A DNA stretch of 64,000 nucleotides from assembly GCF_006345805.1 (NCBI RefSeq), contig NC_042998.1:86490001-86554000 (forward strand), given 5' to 3'. The position numbers were made by a program, and so were the translations under genes. The first letter of the stretch is position 1. Each line of letters opens with the position of its first letter. Positions 25,030-36,946 of the stretch are shown here, piece by piece. Below the pieces are notes generated by a model. That model made no database searches, had not been told where the DNA came from, and saw nothing but the letters and a program-made list of their open reading frames with translations. The DNA comes from Octopus sinensis. Its lineage: Eukaryota.

Positions 25030-26170
25030 CTTGACAAGTGAGATGGTGTACTAGGAAATCTAGTCCTTTTATTGGCACCATCAATAACTTAGCTCATCTC
25101 GAGCAACTACTTGAACATTGCTTTTAAAGGAGAGCCAGTGCCCAGTGACCGTCATCTCTGGATCATGGATAGAGAGACCATTGAATCTGTTTCTTATCTC
25201 AAGCTGAAAATGTGTACCTACTTTAGGGCACCGAAGTCTGTTCATATCCACTTTGATGGAAGATATAACCTTTCTAAGGGCTTTCAAGTGGAGCCGTAAG
25301 TTGGCATATGGTTGGAACCATTGAGTGTGGTGTTGAGGAGTTTGAGTTCTTCACCATTCAAATGGGTGTTCACAGGGTTTTGTTCAATTGTCCACTCTTT
25401 TCAATTTCATCATCTATTGGATGCTCAACCAAGCTCTAGATGGTCTCTCTGGTGCCAGAGTAGGATGTGATTTCTCTTGACTATGCTGACAATGTTGCCA
25501 TCCTTGGGGAGTCCTATTGCAACATCCAACATGCACTTGATGGGTTAAACCTCACTGCTGCAAGAATTGGAATGAAGATCAATGTCTCAAAAACAAAGAT
25601 CCTCTCAACCAACATACCTGCCTCCTTCAAGGTCACTATTCATCTTAATGGAGAGGCTGCGAAGGAGGTGGAGGAGTTCAAATGTATCAGATCACCTTTT
25701 ACAGCCAGCCACTGGCTATGGGAAGGATGAGATCTACATTTGAATCAGTTGCACACAGTCGACTTTCTGCCTCCTCCATAAGTGCATGTGGTTGTATCAG
25801 GAGAGCCTTGTAATGAAATGCTGTATTTACCAGGTACTTGTCCGAACAGTTCTCTCCTCTATGGTTTTGAGACCTGGCCAATGCGTATTACTGATCTCCA
25901 TAAGCTGGAGGTTCAATTGCTTCTGTATTCATTGTCTTCTCTGACTGAATCGCACACTATGCTTTGAAGTGAAAACTTTATGCTCACTACAGTCTCTCAC
26001 CTCTTGAGAGAACTCATTTGACAATGAGACTACAATGGTTTGGTCACACATTGTGGCACTCTGTAAATGAGCTTGTCTGGAGGCCAATAATACCAGATCC
26101 ACCCCTGGGTTGGGGTAAGTGGAGAAGTGGTTAGCTGAAGACATGGCTCACAATAGTCAAAGCAGATATA
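25030..26170. mobile_element. RTE-clade LINE fragment with an inverted 5' part
   Basis: 25030-25310 encodes the endonuclease-RT linker on - (FQLEIRNRFNGL); 25320-26170 encodes RT on + (LDYADNVAIL, GMKINVSKTK, LLYGFETW). Confidence 0.7.
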
Positions 26171-26289
26171 GAGCTTCTTTCTGGTCATTGAGTCTTTGAC
26201 GTTTGTCGGTGGAGCTGGGAATGACTTCAAAATGCTGCAGCATTGGTGCTGGCTTAACCCTTCCCAGATGAATACTATTACAAGACAAA

Positions 26290-26303
26290 GCAATATATAT
26301 ATA

Positions 26304-26387
<84 letters not shown>

Positions 26388-26523
26388 TATATGTATATAT
26401 ACACACACATTTATATGTATATATATATGTATATGTATATGTATAAATATATATATGTATATATATAAATATATATATATGTATAAATATATATATATAT
26501 ATGTATAAATTTTTATATATATA

Positions 26524-26567
<44 letters not shown>

Positions 26568-26612
26568 CATATATATATATACATATATACATACACACAC
26601 ACACACATATAT
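26290..26612. repeat. (TA)n / (TATG)n microsatellite complex
   Basis: Directly visible. Confidence 0.97.
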
Positions 26613-26614
26613 AT

Positions 26615-27390
26615 GCTGTGCGTGGGAGACCCGGCAGGACAAGTGAGACCATCACACGTGGCCTCTACCTGGGACGTAGCCAGCCCACTTATGCATACCT
26701 TTTCTTCTTGTGACACAAACCCTACTTGTAAAGACCTGTTGAGGCAAGTGAAAATCAAAATCAAAATCGAAATCGATCAACATCAATAGGAATTGTAGCT
26801 GTGATACCAGTGCCAATGGCACATAAGAAAACCATACGAATGTGGCTGTTGTCAGCGCCGCCCCAACTGGCCTCCATGCCAGTGGCATGTAAAAAGGAAA
26901 ATCCGATTGTGGGCATTGCCAGCCTCATCTGGCACCTGTGCAGGTGGCACGTAAAAAGCACCCACTACACTCACGGAGTGGTTGGCGTTAGGAAGGGCAT
27001 CCAGCTGTAGAAACACTGCCAGATCAGACACTGAGGAACTGCTAGAGTTATTTTCACAATTTATCCAGTGCAACCCTTAAACAAGTAAATAATATTTTCC
27101 TAAACAATTGATTCACTATTTCAGTTAGTGACTTATTCACGAATATACCAATACTACCACCCCTGAGGGTAATATTCTCTGGGAACACACAAAAGCCCTT
27201 TTCAGAGTTATTTACTTTGAACTGTTATTATCTCATACCTCATTAGCCTCTTATTATGTAACATGCTTCACGATTTTAGTATACATACCTGAGCCTGGCG
27301 CAGCCTTCTGGCTTCCCAGACCCTAGTTGAACTGTCCAACACATGCTAGCATGGAAAACGGACGTTAAACAATGATGATGATGATGATGA
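26615..27390 (+). mobile_element. 5'-truncated RTE 3' end / derived SINE, split by a 255-bp insert at 27036-27290
   Basis: Same 3' UTR as 40410-40900 (opposite strand). ...agatcagac and gagcctggcgcagcc...gttaaacaatgatgatg are contiguous in other copies. Confidence 0.8.
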
Positions 27391-27427
27391 TATATACATA
27401 TATTTACATGTATATACATATATATAC

Positions 27428-27498
<71 letters not shown>

Positions 27499-27595
27499 GT
27501 AAATCCAAAAAAAGAACAAACACAAAAAAAACAACTACACAAGGATGTGGTACATGTAAAGTATTAGCAGACGCTCAGGGAAGGAAAGAAAGGTG

Positions 27596-27630
27596 GTTTA
27601 ATATTTCGAGCAATGCTCTTCTTCAGAAAC
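27596..27630 (-). ncRNA. Candidate minimal type I hammerhead ribozyme motif in a Penelope-terminus-like repeat
   Basis: Minus strand GTTT-CTGAAGA-A-GAGC-ATT-GCTC-GAA-ATAT-T-AAAC: intact CUGANGA and GAAA core, 4-bp stems I and II, loopless palindromic stem III. Confidence 0.6.
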
Positions 27631-27699
27631 AGAGGAAAGTCCAGTAGAAAGGAAGCTGGAGGAAGAAAATCACCAATGATATACATGGACACCTACGTA

Positions 27700-28125
27700 T
27701 GACTAGGATATAAGAAAACACCTACATTGCTAGAAATGAGAACTAAAATGCTCTAATGCTGTAGTCAATGAACATAAAGGAAAACATTTATGCTAACAGG
27801 GACCTTAATATCTGAAAAGTGCTTAACAAGTATTACCTATACTGACATCAGTTGTGGCAATCTCCACTTGCCTCTTCTATAGGCAAACACAAACATTTAT
27901 GCTAATTGGGAAGCTAGCCAAAAGGAGCCAAATGTTCAAGCCAGTCCCTATTAAGGAGGAAAATGGAAATTGTGAAACTGATGTCAGTTTAGGAAATTCT
28001 CGGTCAGCACTTTTCAGATGATTAAGACCCCTATTAGCACACATGTTTTCATTTATGTGTATTGACTACTGCATTACAGCATCTTAGCTCTTATTTCTAG
28101 CAACGTTTTCTCATACCTTAGTGAA
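27700..28125. mobile_element. Old palindromic MITE-like element
   Basis: ttgctagaaatgagaactaaaatgct...ctgacatcagtt (27728-27852) is the reverse complement of aactgatgtcag...gctcttatttctagcaa (27976-28103). Confidence 0.7.
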
Positions 28126-29092
28126 ATTTAGTGACAATTATAATTCTCCTTTTTGGTGAAACATTGCAAACTGCTGTTTATCTACTACATATGTGTGAAA
28201 TTCTGTCTGTGGGTGTGTTTGTGGAGTTGTTAGCTAACTCCTCCTACATCGTTTTATTGATTTTGATGAAACTTGACTCATTAGTAGAACTCCTGTTTAA
28301 GAACCTCATGGCATACACAGATTGTTGAAAAAAGTCGATAATAGGGCCACTGGAAGGGATCCTTATATATATCTAATATATTTTATTTTAAAAACCAAGG
28401 GAAATAACCCATTCGCCATAGGAAGGGATCCTTATATATAGCAAAGGGAAATAACTTATTCATTTTCCTAAATTATTTGGTAAAAATGATATTGAATATG
28501 CTTATTCCTTAATATTTGAACTGCTAGAGTTATTTTCGCAATTTATCCAGTGCAACCCTTAAACAAGTAAATAATATTTTCCTAAACAATTGATTCACTA
28601 TTTTGGTTAGTGACTTATTTACGAATATACCAATACTACCACCCCTGAGGATAATATTCTCTGGGAATGCACAAAAGCCCTTTTCAGAGTTTTTTACTTT
28701 GAATTATTATCTCATACCTGATTAGCCTCTTATTATGTAACATGCTTCACGATTTTAGTATACATACCTTATTAGTATTTCCTCCTATGTTCTATATACT
28801 CTGGGAATGCATTAAAACCCTTTTCAGTGCTACTTTATTTGAATTCTTATTATCGGGTAACTAATTTCAGGTTATTATGTAACTGACTTCACAATTTGGA
28901 TATTCATAATTCATTGGGAATTCCTAAAAACAAGATCCTATGGAAGACAGTTTGGTATTCTCAATTAAGGCACAAAAACCATTTTAAGGGCTACATACTT
29001 TGTATTTTTATTGGATTAGTAAAACAATTATGAGAATGAAACCGAGGGATAAACCCCACTCTTCTGGAAATTACCGCCGGGTATGTCATCTA

Positions 29093-29125
<33 letters not shown>

Positions 29126-29128
<3 letters not shown>

Positions 29129-30183
29129 TAGTGGGAAATAATTCTAATTTTCAAATAATGCCATAAATCATTGTTCAAAATATTTTGGTACATCTCTGCA
29201 TTCATTCTACCATCTATCACATGTAAATTGCCAGTACCATTTGCAGAGAAATACCCCCACACCATGATGTTGCCACCTCCAAATTTTATGGTAGGAATTG
29301 TGTTTTTCAGCAAATAGGCAGTACCATCTTTCCTCCGAACATGGCTACGCGAATTTTGTCCAAGCAATTCAATTTTCGACTCGTCTGTTCATAGATCATT
29401 TTCCCAGAATGTATCAGATTTATCTTTATGTTCATAAACAAATTTTAAACGGGCATCTCTAGGCCTTTTAGTCAACAGCGGAGTTTTTCTAGGAGAGTGT
29501 GATTTCAGTTTATTCCTATGAAATTCATTGCTGATTGTTTAAAGTGTAACACTAGTCCCTGAAACTAACAAATCTTCTTCCAACTCCTTTCTGATGATCA
29601 TTGCATTTTTTCCGATTCTTCGCTTCATTTTTCTTAAAGGGGAAATCTTGCGTGGTGCACTGGATCTTATTCTGTTTTCAACAGTTCTCGATTTTTTTAT
29701 ATCTTTGAATAAATGAAGATATGGTAGAAAATGGAATACCAAGGGTCTCTGATATTTTCCTGTAACTTTTACCTGCTTTCCACTGTTCAATAATTAAGTT
29801 ATCACTAAATTTGTGAGTTCTTTACTTTTCGCCATTATTACGATACTTCTTTATGTTGTCTCAATGCTGAAAGAAGAAGCTAGTGTTTTGACACTTAAAA
29901 ATGACAACTGATAAGATTTTTGGAACAAACAAGGAAGTTCTAGTAAAAAATAATTATTGGCATAGAAAATCATAAATTTATTCTGTACGAATACTTTTTT
30001 TACCCCTAAATATTTATAATTGTATATAAATTCATTAGTTACTATAATTTATTAGTTTCTTTTGCATATTCTTAGTTTATGCATGTGTATGCATATATAG
30101 TATTGGTATATCCCATTTATGTTCATTATAAATTAAATAAATAAAGAATTTTGACATGAACGAATAATTATTTCCCCCCACTG
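29126..30183 (-). mobile_element. Tc1-like element with the C-terminal catalytic region deleted
   Basis: Termini CAGTAGTGGGAAATAATT (after TA at 29124-25) and AATAATTATTTCCCCCCACTG. Minus-strand remnants: HTH region, and [39 protein letters not shown] immediately followed by the TIR. Confidence 0.9.
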
Positions 30184-30186
30184 ATA

Positions 30187-30259
30187 GGTTTTGTAGTACA
30201 ATGGATAATGTGTCTGACTATGGATCAGAAGATTCTGAGTTCGAATCCTCAAGAGTGTG
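30187..30259 (+). pseudogene. tRNA-Arg(ACG)-derived pseudogene
   Basis: CAATGGATAATGTGTCTGACTATGGATCAGAAGATTCTGAGTTCGAATCCT matches the eukaryotic tRNA-Arg(ACG) D, anticodon and T arms (recalled: CAATGGATAACGCGTCTGACTACGGATCAGAAGATTC..GGTTCGA.TCCT), with CG>TG changes and a poor acceptor stem. Confidence 0.85.
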
Positions 30260-30272
30260 CAATTTATTTTAT

Positions 30273-30427
30273 AGGTGCAGGAGTGGGTGTGTGGTAAGAA
30301 GCTTGCACATGGTTCTGGGTTCGGTCCTACTGCATGGCACCTTGGGAAAGTGCCTTCTACTATAGCCTCTGGTCGACCAAAGCCTTGTGAGTGGATTTGG
30401 TTGGCAAAAACTGAAAGAAGCCCATCA

Positions 30428-30430
<3 letters not shown>
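30273..30430 (+). mobile_element. tRNA-derived SINE family C
   Basis: gcaggagtgggtgtgtggtaagaagcttgc...gggttcggtcc...ggcaccttggg...aaagccttgtgagtggatttgg...aactgaaagaagccc; second copy on - at 49572-49712. Confidence 0.8.
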
Positions 30431-30476
<46 letters not shown>

Positions 30477-30477
30477 C

Positions 30478-30673
30478 ATTATATAATTAGGGCTTAGTAA
30501 AATAAATTACTTTGCCACATACTGAACTGTGAGCTGTGAGCTGTCTGGAGTAAACATTATCTGAGAGAAATTTTCTTTAAGTAGTAGAAATGCTAAGAAA
30601 ATTTTTTTTTTTTGGCTGCTATTTCTACTAAGTTCAGTATGTGGCAAAGTAATTTATTTTACTAAGCCCTAAT

Positions 30674-30681
<8 letters not shown>
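30478..30681. mobile_element. 204-bp MITE with perfect 51-bp TIRs, in (TA)n
   Basis: 30478-30528 is the exact reverse complement of 30631-30681. Confidence 0.9.
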
Positions 30682-30699
<18 letters not shown>

Positions 30700-30705
<6 letters not shown>

Positions 30706-30960
30706 TTGATTTTGATTTTTCCAGTTTCAGCTAATGACCTGTGGCCATGCTGGGGCACCGCCATATATATATATGTATGTATGTATGTATTTGTGTGTCT
30801 GTTTGTCTCTGCCACCAATGCTTGACAACCGATGTTGGCAAAAGAGCCTGACAGCATAAGTACTAGGCTTACAAAGAATAAATCCTGAGGTCGATTTGTT
30901 CAACTAAAGCCGGTACTCCAGCATAGCCGCAGTCAAATGAATGAAACAAATGAAAGAATA
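30700..30960. mobile_element. SINE family E fragments in opposite orientations
   Basis: ccagtttcagct...gtggccatgctggggcaccgcc (+), then taagtactaggcttacaaagaataa...cagcatagccgcagtcaaatgaatgaaacaa (-). Same family as 49275 and 50770. Confidence 0.65.
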
Positions 30961-30967
30961 AAAGGAA

Positions 30968-31007
<40 letters not shown>

Positions 31008-31013
<6 letters not shown>

Positions 31014-31295
31014 CAATATAAGGAATGGGCATATAGGACATTCGACTCACTAGAAAGAGCAGCCAAAACTCATACCGCTAAATCTGAAGCACGCCAGATG
31101 TAAATGAATTTAATTTAATTTAATGAATTCATTTGCCAAAGTTTTGCCGAAACTATGCATAGTCCAGAGATGAAAGGGGTAAACGTTTTTATTTCTCTTT
31201 CTATTTCAGAATTACAACTATTTAGCAGTATGAGTTTTGGCTGCTCTTTCTAGTGAGTCGAATGTCCTATATGGCCATTCCTTATATTGTTGAAT
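31008..31295. mobile_element. 288-bp MITE with ~75-bp TIRs, in (TA)n
   Basis: attcaacaatataaggaatgg.catataggacattcgactcactagaaagagcagccaaaactcatac.gctaaa with its reverse complement at 31220-31295. Confidence 0.9.
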
Positions 31296-31395
31296 GTATA
31301 TTATATAGTCTTTGACTATTTTTTTCTCTCTCACTAGACCGCTGGTAGTGGAAAATTTTTTCTAGAATTTTTTGCTGCCCTTATATTTTTATTTA

Positions 31396-31527
<132 letters not shown>

Positions 31528-31549
31528 TATATATATATATACATCTATA

Positions 31550-31838
31550 TGTGGAGGCGCAATGGCCTAGTGGTTAGGGCAGCGAACTCGCGGTCGTAGG
31601 ACCGCGGTTTTGATTCCCAGACCGGGCGTTGTGCGTGTTTATTGAGCGAAAACACCTTAAAGCACCATGAGGCTCTGGCAAGGGGTGGTGATCCCTGCTG
31701 TACTCTTTCTCTCACTCTTTCTTCCATTGGCCTGCTTGCTTAGCCAGCGGGGTGGCGTCATTTGAAGGCTAAAACAATGCGAATGCATTTTGACCAGCGA
31801 TGTGTAGCAACATCTGATGGTCTGGTCGGTCACGTGAT

Positions 31839-31845
<7 letters not shown>
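31550..31845 (+). mobile_element. Young tRNA-derived SINE family D
   Basis: A-box-like tggcctagtgg and B-box-like ggttttgattccc in the head; CpG-rich; ends cacgtgatcacgtga followed by (TA)n. Confidence 0.8.
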
Positions 31846-31890
<45 letters not shown>

Positions 31891-31904
31891 GTATATATAT
31901 ATAT

Positions 31905-33510
31905 ATCATCATCATTTGAAACCCATTTTCCATGCAGGCATGGGTCGAGCGGTTTGATTGAAGCTGGTAAGGCCAGGGGCTGCACCAGGCTCCATCGTAT
32001 GTTCTGGCATGGTTTCTACAGTTGGATGACTTTCCTAAAAGCACCCAGTACATTCCATAGAGTGTACTGGGTGCTTTTAACATGGCATCAGCATGAATGC
32101 TTTTTATGTGACAATAGCACCAGTACCAATTCTGCTGTGGCAAAGAGGTCTTCTGAAGTACAGCAAAGTGTGAGATATCTTTTGTCCATAAACATCTTTT
32201 TTGTAAGGGTCTGTATCTTTGTCTTGCATCTTCCTGGGTCTTTCTCTTCCACAAGTTCCTTCCACTTTAAGTGTAGGCAACTGCCTACATCCATACACAT
32301 CATATGACCAAACAAGTGCACTCTTTTCCCTCACACACTGAATATATTCTTCTTATGCCCAACTTTTCCCTCAAAGCACTTGTGCTCTGTCACTCACATA
32401 CACTGACATTATGCATCCAGTAAAGCTTATAGCTTCATTCCTCTCTAGCCATCACATATCTGCATTCAGGGCCCACATCTCACTACCAGGAAGCATTGCT
32501 GTTTGTATACATGCATCATGCAATTTTCAATTCTCACAGAGAAAGAGACCTTTGATTGCCAACAGAGGTAAAAGCTCCCTGAATTTTCTCATCCTATTCT
32601 TATTCTTGAAATTACAGTTTCCTTACATCCTCCCTCACAACTAATTAGTACTCCTAGGTAGCAGAAATTACCCACTACCTCTGGTGTATTTGAGAAAATT
32701 GATAACCTGAGTGGTTCTTGTACATCTTCCACATACACACACTACCTCCTCTAATAATCTTTCTATCATTTCACTTGTGTTCCATAACTTGCACTAGGTA
32801 CATTGTATGGAATTCTTGTCTACACATATTCTACATATTGAGCAGGGCCATTTATCTGATGGAGGAAGTCTTCTGTCCATTTTTTTGCATACTAGAATCT
32901 TAGTGTTTCCTTAGATTCCAGGTGTTGCTTCCACACTAGGAATTTCTTTTTTTAGTTCTGTTATAGAATCTGCTATAAGGGCAAGCTCATCAGTATATAT
33001 ATTCCCAGGAGCAATCTGTCTTGAATTCATCTGTTATGGCTTTGAGGACGATGATGAATAGGAGGGGACTGAGAACTGATCCCTGTTGAACACCTACCTC
33101 TACCCTAAATTCATTACTATACTCTTGGTTAACTCTCACCTTATTGACAGCATTTCTATACATGGCTTGTATGGCTTTCACAATCTATTCATCTACTCCT
33201 GACTTCCTCAGGGCCCACCATATCACACTGTCGGGTACTCTGTCAAAAGCTTTCTCGAAGTCAACAAATGCCAAGTGCCATAGTTTATTCTTGGCCTAAT
33301 ACTTCTCCTGCAGCTATCTAACTGTAAAGCTAGCGTCAGTATTGCTTCTCTCCAATACAAAGTCAAACTATATTTTGTCTAATCTGATTCTGCTCATAAT
33401 TAACTGGGCTATTACTCTTTTCATCACTTTCATGACCTGGTCCAGCAATTTGATGCCTCTGTAATTACTTCTAAGGCATCTGCCTTACTCTTGTAGCAGC
33501 TGACTATAAA
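31905..33510 (-). mobile_element. RTE-clade LINE fragment with 3' UTR and (GAT)n tail
   Basis: NYRGIKLLD-type start at ~33470; VEVGVQQGSVLSPLLFIIVLKAITDEFKTDCSWE; MHLFGHMMCMD; tail at 31905. Confidence 0.85.
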
Positions 33511-33534
33511 GCTGGTAATCAATAATATATACAT

Positions 33535-33745
33535 GGACACACACACACACACACACATGCACGCACATACATATGTGCAAATATATTGATATACATATAC
33601 ACACACACAGGTACACATACACACCACAAACACATACACATACATACACACACAATCAAACACACACACATACACTCACACACAATCACATACACACACA
33701 AACACACACATGCATACACTGACACACTCACACACACACACACAT
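33535..33745. repeat. Degenerate (CA)n microsatellite
   Basis: Directly visible. Confidence 0.95.
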
Positions 33746-33849
33746 GGATCGTGGTATATACAGCTTGTGGTAACAACAGCTGTTTCTAACCAGATTACTG
33801 ATACAGATGACAACAACAATAATCTGCAAAAATTCTTCAGCAACCCCTC

Positions 33850-34430
33850 TAACAAATCATATATGAAATGCATATATCACATTAACCATCCTTTTAATAA
33901 AAGAATCTACACAGATGAAGAAATAGAAGCAGAATTTACTTTGGCTAAAATAAAGCTTGAACAGATTCTATGACAATACAGATTATAAAATGCATAGGAC
34001 ATCCACCAACCTGATATGAGACTCAGAAATCAGTCTGAGATAGCATATTAAAAATAGATATGTAGTGTGTTTTCCCACAGTCAAGTCTGGTTGAATATGT
34101 GTAGACAGTTTTTGAAACTGTTCAGTCAATGCTGCCCCACATCAGTAATATGAAAGAGCTAACAACTCAAGATTATGAAAAAACAGAAAAAATTCTTTAA
34201 TGCACACATGGTATTTGATGCAACATTTTCCAACTAAGATGATAGAGAATAAATGAATTCCAGGTCACAAACAACGACTTACTGGCAGTATGTGAACTTA
34301 GGGTAGACAAAAACCCATCTTGGATCCTGTTTATGGACTTCCAATCAGACTAGTTTCCAAAGTTAATATTTTCAGCAACTACAAGCTATCAAATTTCCTT
34401 TCTGTGATCATACAGTCGCTGATAAAGATA
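33850..34430 (+). mobile_element. Probable Penelope-like element, N-terminal/RT fragment
   Basis: PVYGLPIRLVSKVNIFSNYKLSNFL resembles the PLE RT motif LYGLPK.HK...RP.VS...S..YKLSKFL with a deletion. Confidence 0.5.
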
Positions 34431-34709
34431 TCTGTTGATGTCTTTGACAGCAATGAAAGAAGAGAAGTAATTCTACATCAAGATGCTCAACAACACTACA
34501 CAGCCCAAGAGAATTTATCACAGGAAAGAAGAGAAGAATTTCTATCTCAATATGCAAATTCTCACAGATTAGAAATAGATTTAAGTAAATATATGTAAAA
34601 CTGGTTATTGATACTTTCAATTACTTTTGGGTATGCATGAGAAAAAATAGGACATTAAACTACACATCATTTAATGGGTACCCTAGTAATAATAATGATA
34701 ATAACAATA

Positions 34710-34920
34710 GTTTCAGATTTTACCACAAGGGCAGCAACTTTAGGGTAGGGGATGAGTCAATTAAATTCACTCCAGTGTTCAACTGGCACTTATTTTATTA
34801 ACCCTCAAAGGATGAAAGGTAAAGTTGACCTTGGTGGAATTTGAACTCAGATTATAGCGATGGACAATATACCGCTAAGCATTTCATGCAGTGTGCTAAC
34901 AATTCTGCCAGCTTGCTGCC

Positions 34921-34922
<2 letters not shown>
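34710..34922 (-). mobile_element. SINE family A followed by (TAA)n at 34923-34992
   Basis: Reverse complement of the 1505/7326 copies (aaaggatgaaaggtaaagttgacc...gaatttgaactcag...gctaagcattt). Confidence 0.8.
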
Positions 34923-34994
<72 letters not shown>

Positions 34995-35099
34995 GGGTTG
35001 AAAGTGTGACTCACATTGTTAGTGCTTGTGAAAGTCTTGCACAAAAAGAGCACAAGCACAGGCACACGGTTGCCTGAAACCTTCACTGATTACTATGCT

Positions 35100-35790
35100 G
35101 GATATGTGAATACAAGGTAATTGGTGCTTTGTACCAACATATACCAGAAAAGGTAATGGACGAAAAGGGGAAAGCAAAATCCTCTGGGACTTTGACTTCT
35201 AGACAAATAAGGTGTCAGAGCACTGAAGCCGATATATAGTAAGTAACCATTAGGATGAACAAAGAAGAGTGCCTAATAATTGTCACAGCAGTGCCAAGAG
35301 ATCAACATATTATCATGAGAGAAGAGAAAAGATTGATAATATGGAGACTGAGAATTGAAATCATCAAGATGTGGCAGCATAAAGTTTGTCCCTATTGTCA
35401 TCAGAGCATTGGGTTCAATACCACCTCACCTGAAGAAACATCTGGAAACTTTTACCCTACAATCTTGGTGTACTGCAAAAATTGGCATTGCTTGGAAGTG
35501 CACACATATTACATAAAGTACTGCCTGTCTGAGGTCCTTGTGGTGACTTGAGAGATAGTACAAACCCCCAGTAGATGCAATATCTTCAATCAACAACATA
35601 ACGATATTGGATAATGTGTGACATCTTAAATAATAATAATAATGGTCCTGTGATAATTGGTGCACTTGATACAACACCCAAATGTTGCTTAAGAAGCTGA
35701 AGGATATTGGAATTGATGATCATATTTTTGATCTGCAGGAAAACAGCATACGACATTAAAAGTAATTGTCCCTTGTGGGCCTATGAATTT
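35100..35790 (+). mobile_element. Degenerate R4/Dong endonuclease fragments
   Basis: IPEKVMDE...ECLIIVTAVPRD...LRIEIIKMW...VCP.IIGALG-like; TAA tract at 35630. Confidence 0.65.
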
Positions 35791-36654
35791 TAATTTTTGC
35801 TTCAGTACAGCCTGCAGAGTCAAATAGTTTTGAGACCCCCAATTCTTATCCTTTTTTGTTATTATGGCAATAAACAACTTGTGTAATCAGTTTAAATGTA
35901 TAATTAAAGTAAACTTAATATCTTTTAGCTGATACTATGAGATTTGGATAAATTTAATTTGCTGTCTCTTCTACAAGCAGACAAAAATTGATTGATTTGA
36001 CTGAGTATTGAATTTTGTTGTACTCATTTTTGGAATGTGTAAAGAGAAATAGCTTACAGCTATTTAAAGCCACTAAGTGTACAGGCTTTAGTACATTAGT
36101 TAACTTGATTTGCAAACAGAAAATGTAAAAACAGTTCTTAGTATTTTGTTAGTATTGACTTAGTTTCTTAGTATTGACGTGAAAAAAAATTCTACTAAAT
36201 TTATCTTAATATATTTTTATAATCATCTTTTTACTTTTATCTTCCTTGAAAACTATAACACATATTTTCATTTTCATTAAATTTCCATTTGTTACTCTAT
36301 TGATATAGGAAAGTAATGAGTTAAAAACTTGGCTACAGATGTAAACTGAAATGCTTTGGTAAAATTAAAGAAATAATTGATGAAATAACAAATGCACTGG
36401 CAGTAAATTCAATCAGATGTACTCCTCTTTTCTCAATGTTTACAATTATGCTAATGTTAAAAGTCAACGATAAGCTTTTATAAAAACTAAAGAAGTTACT
36501 CTTGAATAAAATGTATTTGATAAATGATTAATATAAACAGCTGCACCAATATATAAATTCTGTGTTGATACTCAATGCCAAATCAAATAAAAACAATGAC
36601 AATTTTCAAAAATATTTTTCTAATATTTGTTTAATTTTTCTTTCTTCTTTGCAG

Positions 36655-36834
36655 TCAACATGTCCTGGCTCTACTATATATAAAATCAACATATCAGACA
36701 AAGATTTTGGTGTTAATGCTGAAATTAATTATGAACTGGAAAGTAAAGCTGATAACAGTAATTTTAAAGTAGACAAATCTGGAAATGTTATTTTGGAGAA
36801 GAAGCTAGATTATGAAAAGAAACCATTATACCAA
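36655..36834 (+). CDS. Cadherin exon (180 nt, phase 0/0)
   Basis: tttgcAG acceptor at 36653-54, GTaaga donor at 36835. STCPGSTIYKINISDKDFGVNAEINY...KLDYEKKPLYQ continues the repeat begun by ...TIPE of the previous exon. Confidence 0.93.
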
Positions 36835-36946
36835 GTAAGATCATTATAAAGTGTTATCCATGTGTATTCCAATAATCTTTGTGTATTCCAGTGTTTGTAT
36901 TCGATATTCCCATATGTTTTCTAGCTTATTCATATGTATTCCAGTT

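Larger units (their letters stand above)
27036..28769 (+). repeat. Direct repeat pair, ~255 bp (27036-27290 and 28518-28769)
   Basis: Both run gaactgctagagttattttc...gattttagtatacatacct with few differences. Confidence 0.93.

Noticed and set aside
26030-26764. Many long ORFs rich in Y/I/C/V/H/T (also 14454-14705, 21210-21808, 33430-33873, 49345-49636, 59950-60284)
   Set aside because: They are translations of (TA)n, (CA)n, (TTA)n and (GATG)n microsatellites, which lack stops in some frames.
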